Shown here in pieces: positions 41,619 to 56,679 of a stretch of 64,000 nt of DNA. The notes beneath the pieces are model-generated. The model ran no database searches. It was not told where the DNA came from and saw only the letters and a list, made by a program, of their open reading frames with translations. A program made the position numbers and the translations under genes. This DNA comes from Octopus sinensis (Eukaryota). Location of the stretch: assembly GCF_006345805.1 (NCBI RefSeq), contig NC_043000.1:43400001-43464000 (forward strand), in the 5' to 3' direction. Position 1 is the stretch's first letter; each line of letters opens with the position of its first letter.

Positions 41619-42029
41619 CTGGTATGAAGCGAAAATAATATTCTCAGGAAAATGAACTTTTACAAATTCATTAAAACTATATCCCTCTTTTAACAGTTTC
41701 GAATTGATACACTTCTTCGTATATGCTATGCACACCAATTTGAAATTACAAATTTCCATTACCTTTGATGCTTGAAATACATATGTGATACATTCTGTGT
41801 AACGTACTAACATATCTACAGCACCTATATTATTTGCTAAAATGGGGCGATATTTGAGTGTTACTGACATTCCGCACATAAATCTAACATCATCACTTGT
41901 TGCATGAAACACTACCAAAAGAACGAAATTCTGGTTGCTCGGACTTTCCGAAAATTTCGTAGAAGGCACTCTCAGATTACACCGTGTCACATTAATAAAG
42001 CGATAAATCATTAAAATGTCAGTAGGCAC
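41619..42029 (-). CDS. Candidate internal coding exon (411 nt, phase 0-0), product unknown
   Basis: 154-codon open frame in AT-rich unique DNA; starts right after ttcactttag and has an in-frame CAG|gtcaga donor at 41619/41618. Confidence 0.3.
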
Positions 42030-42274
42030 CTAAAGTGAACGTCTTTCATGACAGTCATGAAACTACTTATGTTTAAGAGCAAACTTATAATTAAAAGCAG
42101 CAACACCAGTTTAATAAATGCCTTTAGCAAAACAGACTTTGCTTTAACCCTTAGCAACATACCAGTTTATACTTCGACTTTATTATTTTATTGTACCTTT
42201 CGTTTCTGAGTAATATTGGATCATCTTGTTTTGCGCCTATGTGTGACTTTAAATATATATATATATATTATATA

Positions 42275-42316
<42 letters not shown>

Positions 42317-42329
42317 TATATATATATAG

Positions 42330-42751
42330 GGTGGCTGCCCCCTCGTTATCGAGTATAGTCATTGGACGAAGTTTAATCTATGTTGTTATTGTGCAATGCC
42401 TGTGCAAGATTTTTTAAAGTGAGGAAAGGCTGTGCACTGAGTCAAACCCACTCACTAAACAGCAGTAGCCATAATCCGAAAAGAAGAACAAGTCAACATC
42501 ATCGGTAACCACTGAGCCGCAGGTTTTATGTTGGAGTTATCCCAGTTTCCTGAGTTACCTTCTCCTAGAGGGCTAGTAGTTCTTCACTCCCAATGTTTAA
42601 CCGCGCGATCGGGTATTCAGCCCGATTATTTCTATGTCCCCGCGCATGATACATGCTTAATACATTTATTGGATGGCCGTTGACTCTCAAGAGTTCCTCC
42701 GCCCTTTGACGGGTTTTGTTTTTCATCCTGCAGGGTGTCCAATAAACACCC
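42330..42751 (-). mobile_element. Truncated copy of the 15855-16515 element
   Basis: Long reverse-complement identity, e.g. ccataatccgaaaagaagaacaagtcaac and ggatggccgttgactctcaagagt. Confidence 0.9.
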
Positions 42752-45033
42752 TATATATATATACATACATGTATATATACACATATATATATGTATATAT
42801 ATGCATGCATAAACATATGCATACGCGCGCACGCGTGTCGTTATCATTTTAGTATATGTTTGTTGGTATATATCCCTTCGGTAGCTGGATAGCTGTAGTA
42901 AAAATATACAATGCTACCTCAAGCGTTGACGCTTTAATCGTGGCCAATTGTTGAGTTGAGTTGATTAACCTGTGTCATCGGTGCATGTCACTTTAGAGCG
43001 GAAGAATATTTTGCTAGCCATCGCGATTTTCACGGCTCCTATTCGCTGCTAACGTTTCTACTGATATGCTGCCCATTTCCTTTCTAAAAGAGAATTTTTA
43101 ACTAAGAATAAATCAGGTAGCAATTCTTACTGTAGCTTGAACGATTTCATTCAGTCTTAGAATAATTGTCCACCAGCAACAAATTTTTCAGTAAATAATA
43201 TGATCAGCTTCTATGCGGATGCACATGAATTAGGGTTCTATAACTTGATCAACTACATCCTAATGGAACAGCAAATATAAAAGTCTGATAAGGTCTACGT
43301 ATAATGAATATGTATATATTGTTCATGAAATTTTTCTTGAAAACATTGCATTTCCCGGAATGCAAATTCGAAGCATAACGACGGATTCTGCAGTAGACAA
43401 TTCCCTGAATATACATTAACCAATCGTAGTCAAAGCTAAACAGCAAACGGTTCGTCTTCATCCATCTCGAAATTCATTTAAATAATTTGGACACTGTTTA
43501 CGATGCAAATTTCATCGTTATTTAATAAGTGTTTTACGTGAAGAAATGAAAAATAAACGATGCGCATTAACTTTGATTTTAAAGCATATGACATATACAG
43601 ATGTATGCTTAAATAGCGCAATGGTCAATGATTGAATACATGAGTTTTCCGAACAACAGCGCTACTTTTAAACACGTATCTAACGAACAAATCACTAGTT
43701 CAAACCCTTAAAGATAATCATCATAGGAACGCATACATACACACATTCGCGCACACACTCACAGCTCACAGACACACAACTGTACATACGACAAGATTTC
43801 TCACAACTTTTATCACCAAATTCCACTTGGAAGTATCACTTAGTATCACAAGTTATTAGACAAATCGTGGGGATCATTAAAAATCGTGCCCTGGTGGCTG
43901 CAGATTATGGTGGTATCAGAGACCGCAAGGGTCAGAATCGATCTTATGAACTACGTGAAACATTCTGCGCCGTTAATCATGTGTTTCATCGATCAATATT
44001 GACCTGAACTTAATAACAAAAGTGGCATCTTTCCATTCTGTTGCTTTCAAAGTCAATAGAGATAATTATTCTTTGATGGATACCTCTGACCACGAAAGAT
44101 CAAATGTTTAATGGTAATATAAACACAAGATGATTTTCTTTTTATTTTTGAATAATTTTTCGTGAACTCTTATTTAATTCAGAGGTTATCTGGTTTTATT
44201 TTGTGTTATATATAGAACTAATGTACGGATGGAAGTTCATCGTTCTGGAAGGACTCACCAAGAAAGTGACTTGAAGGCAAATATAGCAATCGACTAGTTC
44301 TTAAAATTTAAAAATGAATCTCTGAATGGAAAGGAATTGTAAACGGAGATCAGGGTAATTTTCAAATATTTTAACGTATTACTATTTTGGATCAACTATA
44401 CACCGTAATATATAACTTTGGTAAACAGTGAAATCTTCCTCCATCAGTAGATTACGATAATTTAGAAAATATAACCATTGGTGTTGGAGATTTGGAACAA
44501 TAGATATATACTGAATTATAAGATGAATGAAAAAGAGGAATAAAATGAACGAAACGAAAAAATACTTTCATATCTTGTTTGGATAATGTTTCCGCTTCTA
44601 TATGCGTTAGTGAAAAATATCCTCCTTGGGAGTAAATTATCAGTAGCCCCATTGTGTGTAGCACTCTTATACTAGAGTAGTCAACATTGGGACACATTAT
44701 AAATATATATAAAAAAAAAACAGACATTTCCTTTTGTTCGCACCGCATAATACTTTGTATATACATAGCATACAAAACATCAGAATTATATCCCCTTCGT
44801 GAATACATCAACATATGCCAAATAGATGTATACGTCATAAAATGGAATATATATACGTATGTGTGTATATGTATATATATGCAAGTATATATGTATACAT
44901 ACATATATATATATACATATACATATATATATGTGTGTGTATATGTATATATATATACATATACATATATATATATATATGTGTTTTTGTATATATATGT
45001 ATACATATATATACATGTGTATATACATGGATG

Positions 45034-45122
<89 letters not shown>

Positions 45123-45359
45123 GCACGAACATAGGCACACATATGTGTGTCAATATGTGCGTGTGTATCTGCGAGTATGTGTGTGTGTGAATGTGTGCGT
45201 AAGCTTGTGTGTGCGCGCCTGTGTGTGTGTATTTGAGCGTAAATACGTACGTAATGCGTCTCCATAATATTTTGCTTCAAAAACCATTTTCCACCTAATG
45301 AAACACAAATATTGATATATCTATAAATCTATCTATCTATCTGTCTGTCTATCTATCTG

Positions 45360-45424
<65 letters not shown>

Positions 45425-45874
45425 ATATATATATATGTGTGTGTGTGTACTTGTGTGCGTGTTTGTATGTGCGTAAATATGTGTGTGTGCACGTGTGTGT
45501 GCGCATGTGTATGTAGTTATATATGTGTATGTATATATTTATATATATCTATGTGCATATATACCTCCAATGCAATGCACGCATTTAGAATCGCTTCGCT
45601 TTAATATTATCATTACAGTTTTTTTTACATTTCCCTTGTGCCTCCTTGATATCGTCTTTTTATGCATTTTCATTTAACGTCGCAGGAAACAATGAAGTAA
45701 ATAAATACATAAATCTGTAGTCGGGTTATATCTATCAATATTTTATACTTAAAACTGGTTTCCTGTTTATATAATATAATGTAGTATAATATAATGCAGT
45801 ATGATATAACATAATATAACATAATATAGTATAATATAATAATAATATCATATAATATAACATAAAATAATATA

Positions 45875-45921
<47 letters not shown>

Positions 45922-46060
45922 ATACATACATATATATATATACATATATATATATGTATATAAATATATATATATATACATACACACACACTTTATATAC
46001 TTATATACGGCTCTATATACAAATATGTGTACATATATGCATACATATATGTATGTGTGC

Positions 46061-46133
<73 letters not shown>

Positions 46134-46588
46134 CAAAGTATGTGTGTGTATGTATGGATATATGTGAATATGTGTCTGTGCGGCTATCATGAATTTTTGG
46201 TTTTATAAATTCATGCAGGCAATGCCTGTGAATAGTCACATACTGATTATACTGAATTCATTGTTACTTCGCTCCCTCTATATCGTTGGAAATGCTATTC
46301 CGATGTGTATATCATTTTCTCTAAGAGAATTATTAGATCGACATTCTTTGATGAAAATGTCATGTGGGTATACTTTATACTGATTTGCTTCTTTATCTGT
46401 ATTGCAGTTTCGCATTTAACTGGCGCTTTTATGCGAAAGGCTGTTTATACATATTTTGGATACCCTGCCTTAACTCATGGATAAAGTTCTGAAATCGATG
46501 CAGTAGCGTCGTGTATGTATACATCTATATAGTTAATCTTTGTATCGTATTAAGCTTACGCGTGCCTGTTGACAGTTTGGATAGAGGA

Positions 46589-46650
46589 TTGTATATCGGT
46601 ATCAGTACATTGTCTATCGGTATCAGTTTATTGTATATCGGTATCAGTTT
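46589..46650. repeat. Short tandem repeat of about 20-nt attgtatatcggtatcagt
   Basis: Three diverged copies directly visible; a second mini-array (atatatttgcataagagt) lies at about 46755-46820. Confidence 0.85.
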
Positions 46651-47216
46651 TATATATGAATTCATAAGATATCATTAACATCATTCTTAGCAACAGCCAA
46701 TAATTATATGTGAAAGCTATTCATTCTTATGGAAACAAGTATATGTCTCGGTTTATATATATTTGCATAAGAGTATATATATTTGCATAAGAGTATATAT
46801 TTGCAAAACGATAAGAGTGTGACTTGCATTCGTCAGCAATTTGGGAGGATGATGGAGTGACTCTTGAGGAAATATTAAAGCACAATTATAATAGGTGATA
46901 AAACATATATTTATAAATTTGTGTGATTTTACCCGGCACCTTTCGAGAACTCAATATTAATTCCATTAATTCTATATGCCTTCCAATATATATTTAACAG
47001 GATTTCAAATGATAATGCCAGTAGGAAATAAATGTCGGGCACAATACATATCAATGCAGTCGATTGTGTGACGACTTATACTCGAATGTATAATTACTTG
47101 CAGGTATATGTGCGTACACTTTTTCGTGAAATGAAAAAAGGAAGAAAAACAATAGAAAACAGCAATATGAGAATCCCCAATAAAAAAAAAGAAAAATGAC
47201 AATAGTACATACACAT

Positions 47217-47675
47217 AGGCGAGAAAGATATGCCATAATATACATCTGGAAGATCCTGGAAGGACTAGTCCCAAACTTTGGCATCGAGAGTCACACAAAT
47301 GCCAGAACCGGGCGCCACTGCGTGGTACCAAGGACTCCAAATTTGCCATCAAGATGTAGGAAAAGATACTGTGATAGCCTGGGCTTCAGAAGCCCACAGC
47401 TCTTCAATATCCTCCCGAAGAACCTGAGGGACCTGCATGGTGTAGATGCGGATGTTTTTAAAGTAGGACTGAATCTCTTCCTGTCAGGTGTCCCGGATGA
47501 ACCAACTTCACGGCAGGAGGTGCAGATGAGGGCAGCTGCATCGAACTCTCTCATGCACCAAATGGCAGTTGCTAAAAAGCATTTGTGAGGCAAAATCATG
47601 TAGCAAACCAAATGGCGGTGCCCCAGCATGGCCACAGCTCATGACCTGAAACTGGAAAAATCAAAATCAAAATCA
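47217..47675 (+). mobile_element. 3' end of a CR1-group LINE (ORF2 C-terminus, 3'UTR, AAAATC tail)
   Basis: RRERYAIIYIWKILEGLVPNFGI...PQLFNILPKNLRDL..VFK..LNLFLSGVPDEP; ends in (aaaatc)3. Confidence 0.88.
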
Positions 47676-47946
47676 TAATTCTGATTTTCGTTAATATTTA
47701 ATTCCTACAAGAATTTTCAAATGTTCTGCGATATATAATCAATAAGCGTGCTACGGAAAAGATCTAATGTGCCTGCGAGACAAACGAGTATGTATTAGAG
47801 TAAGTCATATGTCATCATATAGTACAATATGTTATATAGCGTATGTGTGCTTAATATAAAGCCAATGTATATGCTAGAACTGTTCTTGGAACTTAGAATG
47901 TTCATACCTATTTATGGTGAGATAGTTAGCGGAAGCACCCTCAAAA

Positions 47947-47986
<40 letters not shown>

Positions 47987-48284
47987 CATAGAGATAGATA
48001 TAGAGATATACACGCTCACTCACCCACCAGTATATCTATATACAAAATCACAAGCGGGTGCACACACACACACTGACATGCCCACGCACACGCACACATA
48101 TATATTTTAGCGACAAATGTAGTATTGAACAGAGCATTTTGCAACAAGTGCCAATATGATAGTTTCACTAAGGGTACCAGACGCATCGGAGATTGTACAA
48201 AGAGAATATCCGCGTTTAAGGGGAATTATATTACCACTTGTCGGTATTATTACTGCCTCTGTTGTCTCTCTCTCTCTCTCTTTA

Positions 48285-48385
<101 letters not shown>

Positions 48386-48423
48386 ATATATATATATATA
48401 TACATGTATATATATGTATATAT

Positions 48424-48500
<77 letters not shown>

Positions 48501-48749
48501 TAATATATATAATATATCTAATGTACAATAAAAGTTTTTCGAAAAAAAATTTTATCAATGGCCAGCATATTAAAAAAACCTTTAAAGGTTAAATTTATAA
48601 ACAATTCATAAATAAGGGTAAACGAAAAAATTTCAAATGCCAAATATTCCGAAAAATTGGACATATTGTCCATTAACCATATAGTTTTTTTCGCAATACG
48701 CACTCTACTCGAAAAAAGGTCGACAGAAATTTCTAAAAAATTCCATTAG

Positions 48750-48807
48750 TACCATATCGGACCGATTTCAGGGTTAGCTCGTAAGAGCCCTCCCTTTGTC
48801 AGTGATA
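48750..48807 (-). ncRNA. Type I hammerhead ribozyme motif with G8A core change
   Basis: Minus strand: uauca CUGACAA aggg-agg-gcuc-uuac-gagc-uaa-cccu GAAA ucggUccga UA uggua; stems I, II and III all pair. Confidence 0.7.
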
Positions 48808-48868
48808 AATGTGGCAAAAGAAATAAATTAGATACTTACTCATACCCATGGAAGAATTATTATGAATT

Positions 48869-48937
<69 letters not shown>

Positions 48938-50304
48938 AAGAGGTAAGCAACACATCCTGGTAAGATGTTGATTACCTATTGACGATCGACAGTGCGTCGT
49001 TAATTCGATACAACAGTATTCAGCCATGTCATGTTTAAACACAATATGAAAATGACGTATAACTTAAGTCATTTTCTATAGGACTAATTTTTAAATTTAC
49101 GATATAGTTACTACCTTCAGCTTATAGCTACTACATTCAGTTTACGTCATTTTTCAAATATGATCTTCCTATCCTAATAAAACTTATTTAATATGTTTAT
49201 ATTTTTTAAGTAAAGATAAGTTTTATATATTATGTTGTCTAACATTTTACTGGTTTAGATTTCTATTGAAATTTAATACCATTCGAAAGTAACAAAGCAA
49301 ATGTGATATCCTATTGTCAGATGTTTCTGTCATTGTGCTATTGCTACAGTTGTAGCCGTTAGTCATCAATAATCATGCGTGTTGTCAGAGTTGTCTTAAA
49401 TTTCATGTACCGTTTGTTCATTTCATATATACAGCAGGTGTTTTTATTTACCAATTAATGTAAATTTCACAAACATACACACACAAGCACAGAAGCACAG
49501 TACTCACACATATGCATATGTACACTCGATTTTTTTTTACTGTAGTCATTATCTGGCAAATACTTTGAAAAACAAATTTGCTCAAAATGATATAGCACAG
49601 TTAATGAACGTGCACATGTGTTCGTGTCTTTGAGTAGATGTCATATGCGTGCAAATATCTCTTGATTAATGTGGATTGTGTTTGTTATTATATATGACAA
49701 TTATGCGATATAGAATGTATCTGTACGGTCATGTTTTCTATCTTAGTAAGGAACAACTCTGGTTCCTTAGTTGCTGGAATTGTTGGCTACAAAATAAATG
49801 GATGAATTGTATTCGCAGAAATAGTGGAGGTAAGAATGTAAAGCTATAAATAGTTGATTTTTCCGTCTGTATCAATTTATGTCGGCATCCCAAGATGCGA
49901 GCAATTTTCAATATTCCAGATTCAATATGATAAACACAAAGTTTGATGTGAATCAGTATATCTCTCTCTTAAAACACCATGTATACGACGAGACATTATG
50001 ATACTTTTAAGGCGGAAAGAAATACCTGGATAAGTCACATTACTTTTGTGTTTAAACAAAGGACTAATGGAAATAAAACTTGCGACAGAAAGATTTTTGT
50101 CACATTTATGTATACCCAACAACTATACGAACACATATCTGTAGTGTACGTGTATCACGTGGGTGTACGTGAAATCACGTGGGTGTCTGTGTGTGCATTT
50201 ATGTACATATACACACATTAATAATGTAATACAAACATAGTCAAAACAAGCTAAACAAAATTTACCTGTCTCAAAACATCTAAACAACCTTTGTCTTTTG
50301 CCTA

Positions 50305-50665
50305 TAATTTTTACTCGACTGTCATTCGATTGTGGTCAAGTTGGAGCATCACGTTGAAGGGTTTAATCGATTAAATTAGAATCCAGTACTTACTTTTTAG
50401 CGCATGGTATTCACTCTATCCGTATCTGAGGTGAATAGCTTAGTAATGAATATGGAAACACACCTTCAACGTTTGTCAAGTGGCGGTGGGGGACAAACAC
50501 AAAGACACACACTCATATATGGTTCCGTCAACCAAATCCACCCATAAAACTTTGGACTGCCTAGGCTACAATAGAAGAGACCCAAGTTCCCACATACTGG
50601 GACTGAATCCGGTGCAGTGTGTTGGGGGGGGGGGCAATCCTCTTACCACACAACCACGCTTGCGA
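50305..50665 (-). mobile_element. Decayed SINE (family of 56680-57300)
   Basis: accaaatccacccataaaactttgg and ggggacaaacacaaagacacac are reverse complements of 56765-56860. Confidence 0.7.
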
Positions 50666-50949
50666 CTATATATATATGTATATATATATTAGAAGGTTTG
50701 GAGATGATGTACAGGTATTATATATTAGAAGAAATAAGGTAGTCAGAAATCTAGATGCTTTTATATTTACAGATGTTTATCAATATGTCACATCATATAT
50801 ATTAGCGCTTGCGTCCACTCTATTGGAGTCGTCAGATTGAACTTTTTCAGGAATTTTGTCTCTTTTTATATTATTATATAGCGTGTAGAGGTGGAGAGAG
50901 ATATAAGATAGTACAAGAGGTTGAAGAATGGGAAGAAATTGAGAGAGAG

Positions 50950-51455
50950 TGCGATTGTGTGTGTGCTTTTGTATCTGAAAGGGGTGTCAATGGAAAAGAG
51001 AAGGAAAGGAAGAAGGAAGAAAGAAACAAAAAACGTGTTGACATCTTTGCAGCCGGTCAATTCTTTCAATAGGAAGAGATTCTTGGCTTTTAGAAATGGC
51101 ACACCCAGGTGGCCACTTCAAGGGGGGTAAATGTTATTTATAAAAAAATTGTCTGGATTTCTTTTTATCATTGTCTTGTGTGGGAGAGAGAGAGTGTGTG
51201 TCCGTGTATGTGCGCGTGTGTGAGTGGGTGTCTGTGTATCTGAGAGGAGTATCAATAGAAAAGAGAAGGAAAGAAAAAAGGAAGAGTGAAAGAAGAAAAA
51301 ATGTGTTGACATCTTTGCAGCTGGTCAGTTTCTTCAATAGAAAATAATTCTTGACTTCTAGAAATGGCAAACCCAGGTGGCCACTTCAAGGGGTGGTGGT
51401 AAATGTTATTGTTCAAAAAAATTGTCCGGATTTCCTTTTATCATAGTCTTGTGAG
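50950..51455. repeat. Diverged tandem duplication, period about 255-265 bp
   Basis: gtgttgacatctttgcagc...cccaggtggccacttcaaggg...aaaaaaattgtc occurs at about 51035-51155 and 51303-51428. Confidence 0.9.
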
Positions 51456-51546
51456 AGTGTGTGTGTGTGTGTCCTCATTCCTCACCCTCTTGTACTAACT
51501 TATACCACTCTCCACTACTATGTATATATTTATGTATATATATATT

Positions 51547-52610
<1,064 letters not shown>

Positions 52611-52784
52611 GTGTGTGTATGCCTGTATATATATATATATATATATATGCGAAATAAAAATGTATATAAAAGGAGCAAAATACTGGAGATTCAGTAAACA
52701 TCATGAGGTAAAATTAGGAGTTGAAAATATGTGGAAAACATATATAAAAAGTGGAAGAGAAATGCCTTCGTTTCTCATAGTTTA

Positions 52785-53560
52785 ATACTCTACAGCCTCG
52801 TCCGCATCTCATGTCGAGCCGTCGGCTTACCCAGTAGGGAGGGGAGAGAAATATCTAGGTCCTTTTCGTCGACATTGTTTACGTTTCTTAATTTTTGTGG
52901 CTGGATATTAATGTCCTTCAAGGCAAGAGACTCAGAAGTTATGTTGATCCTGTTGAGTGCCTTTGTTCTTGGCCACCTGAACTACTACTCTCAGATGACT
53001 ATGGTCATCACATTGTGCCAAACTAACAACGGAACTTGAAAAGTTCCAACGTCATTGCACTAGAAAGATTGTAATAGTGTTACAAAGAGATTGTAATAGA
53101 GCTACAAAGAGAGGTTGTATGTAATAAACTACGCACAGACAATTCTGAAAGGGCTAACGACGAGGCTGTATAATACGACGCTGTTGCATAATACCAATGG
53201 TACTGTCCATTACATCTAAATGTAGGTCAGGTAATAGCCTAGGATTCACAGTTCACTGCTATTCAATAGCCTTCCACAAAAATTAAGAAACATATACAAT
53301 GTAGTCGCAAATGTCTTCAAAAAGGACCTAAACATTTCTCTACCCTCGTAAATGGGTAAGCCGATGGCTCGAAATGAGATGCGGACGATGCTGCAGAGTC
53401 GAACTCCCTCATACAACAGACAGGCAAACAGCCGAAACAAAGACATACAGGAGTGGTGACGTGAAACCAACCACCCACAAGCCGAAGGAGAATTATGAGT
53501 AAAAACGCAAAATCAAGGTGGTGCACCAGCATGGCCGCAGCCGCATGGCTGTAACGAATG
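52785..53560 (+). mobile_element. Decayed CR1-group LINE 3' fragment with inverted 5' duplicate segment
   Basis: GWILMSFKARDSEVMLILL..FVLGHLNYYSQ..ELEKFQRHCTRKI...LLFNSLPQKLRN; 52785-52900 is the reverse complement of about 53270-53400; 3' tail matches 47610-47655. Confidence 0.8.
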
Positions 53561-53642
53561 GAACAATATGTATATATATCTATATATGTGTGTGTGTGTG
53601 TGTTGTTTGTTTGTATGCACCATATACATAATAGATACACAA

Positions 53643-53713
<71 letters not shown>

Positions 53714-55050
53714 ACTCACAGACAAATACATAATACATATATAAAAGATAGTTTGCAGAAAATTGTAATGCTTAGAATAACTTATTTCTTTAGCTTATAT
53801 CGCTTCTATTAACAACAAATGAACCTACAATCTTAAGGGAATGATATTACAAATATTGTATCTTTTGGTGACAGAAAATAATCTTAGCTTAATCATTAGA
53901 TACAATCTCATACAAATATTTCTTTTTATGTTTTCTCGAAGGTATGAACTGTTATGACTTTTTTGTGCTATTGTTTTATTTTCAAAATTAACTAGAAATA
54001 AATGAAAACAAAATTGCTTTGCCTCAATTTCTCCAAGATAATCATTTCAAATATTAAACCATTTGTTATTATGCTATTGTAATTCTGATTGTATTTAATT
54101 TTTTTGTTTGCATCGTTTTAGTAATCGTTGCACCCTCTACATTTCTGGAGCAATACAAATATGAGTCTACTGTTGATGTTTTCATTTATATATGTTCGGC
54201 AATCGAGATTGTACAGTGATTATCAATATAGGATATGGAGAGAAAAAATGTAAAATAGAAAACTGCAGTCTATTTTAGATTGGTGTTTTCCCATATACAC
54301 ACAACCACACATCATGTATCAATAATTTATCAAATGCACGTAGGCGGTTACTCGTTAATTTTCTTTTCGTTCAAGTATTAGCAAGTATTAATCACACACG
54401 CGCATACAGATCCTTGAGCAGAATCACTCACTGTATACAAATAACTCATACACACATACACAAACACACATGCATACATACATACATTCATACATACATA
54501 CATACATACATACATACATACATACATACATACATACATACATACATACATACATACATACACATATTCATACATACACATATACATAGAGTTATAATGC
54601 AAATTGTGTCCTCTTGAAGCTCCTCTGCTTATTCTGCTACTCCAAAATCGCAGGTAGATATTATATTTGTGTAAGTTTTACTTATGATTTGAAACTTCTG
54701 GAAAATATGTTTTTGACGAGTAATCAAAACAAGAGATTTGGAAAAACATGTTTGGCATTATTTATTTGCCATTACACGTGTTTCATTCACTAAAAGGAGT
54801 TACAAAATTGTACATGTAGGTGAAACGTGTAAGAGGTCACTGTTAAATATTCTTCAAGCACAGAAACAAATAATGCGAAATCTACATTTGCATGAAGCTT
54901 TTTTATACATAGTTATGATCTAACATAGAACACAGTAAGATATGTTATCCACTCATTCTCCATCTAACATAGAACACAGTAAGATATGTTTCATCTTTGG
55001 TTAGATATTCCTGGTAGTTATCCACTCATTCTCCATCTTTCGTGTTTCAG

Positions 55051-55273
55051 GCAAAGGAGAGTAAGTTGCGAATATGATGGAAAAACTTGCAGAACGATAC
55101 TTTGTTCCTTGACGAAGCCCGCACTTTTCCACTTTGCGACAAGCGCAAGAGTAGCACGACAAAAATGCTGCTTTCCAGTAAATATATCCAAATGCAAGTG
55201 TAAGAGTTATTCATTGCTCGAGCAAACGGACCGATTGCTTGTATGCGCCTGTGGTGTAGAGGATGAATGCTGA
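55051..55273 (+). CDS. Candidate Cys-rich terminal exon, product unknown
   Basis: Acceptor ctccatctttcgtgtttcag precedes QRRVSCEYDGKTCRTILC...KCCFPVNISKCKCKSY...VCACGVEDEC*. Confidence 0.2.
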
Positions 55274-56554
55274 CGAAGGAGACCTACTTTTTGAAGAGTG
55301 AGTAATCCCAATTAAGGATTAAGAAGTTAAGTTATTTAATTTAACCAAGGTATTGATGTAATTAATTGATAATTATATGTACTGTTTATAATCGCATATT
55401 ATTTTCACTTTCTATTTTCCCCTCATTGGATTTCAGCTTAAATCAACAAATCTTTTGTAAATGCGTCGTGGAGCACTCATCCACTGCTATTGTTGCAAAT
55501 GTAACATTTTAATATCGTCGCCATTAATATCGTCATTGCAGAGGTCGTCTGACTGTTGTTGCTGTTATTATCATTGTCATTTTGATTATGTTTTTTTTTT
55601 ACCTTCACACCAGTAGTATATTTCATATAATATAATTATCTGGGATCCACACTCACTGAAATTTTTGTTACAACATTCTGAAAACTTTAGATGGAGAATT
55701 GGGATAGTTAACGTGATTGATGGAGGTCAGCTGTTGTTTCATGCATTTTCATTTTTCCTGCTAATTGAATTCCTATGCTGGAGTGCTGAACTACGATTAT
55801 TAGAAACGGCATGTCGCCACTTCCTCAGGTATTGCAAATCAGTTCCTTTCTAAAGTAAAAGCTGGTTGAGTTCTGTAAAATTACCAGTGCTATAATAAAA
55901 ATTCCTCTGCGACGAAATATGTCAGAACTTTGTACTACTTGCATTCTCCAGGTTCGAAGTTCAACCTCCTGGTATTTTGTTTGCGTTAAACATGAGAAGT
56001 ATAATTCCATTTACTTTCTATGACTTTCACACCGAAATTTTATCTAGGTGATTAACATTGCGAAATACTAGTCAACAGGTAAATATATATATATATAAAT
56101 ATATATAAACGATATCGAAAAGTAAATATCTGTTATTGGTTGCTTAACATAAATCACTGTTCCGAATATATTTGTGATAATTGTATTACAGTTGTATATT
56201 CTATCGTTTCTACATAATTTCTTTATTGTGATAAACACTGAAAAAAAAGGCCCGAATATGAAAAACCGAGTTAACAGGGTCGAGTAAATTTTTGTGTAAG
56301 AACTTTGTCTTAACATAAATTTATATGTATTTGTGTAATGAATATGAGAATGTTTTTCCAATGCAAATATATGCTACACATAATCGAGGACTAATAACTT
56401 GGAAGACATCCCGATATAGCATAATCATGTTCAACTTGTAAGAAATGTGAAGTTGAAAAAGAAGAAATGAGTAACTGATGACCCTATTTAAGTATGGTGG
56501 AAACGAAGAACACATGCTGCTAACATTCTTAACGAAAGATATGCACATACATAG

Positions 56555-56604
<50 letters not shown>

Positions 56605-56636
56605 GAATGTATGTATGTAGGCATACATATAGTTAC

Positions 56637-56674
<38 letters not shown>

Positions 56675-56679
56675 TATAC

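Noticed and set aside
50805-50840. Minus-strand CTGACGA ctc-caata-gag half hammerhead
   Set aside because: No GAAA or stem III follows; too decayed to call.
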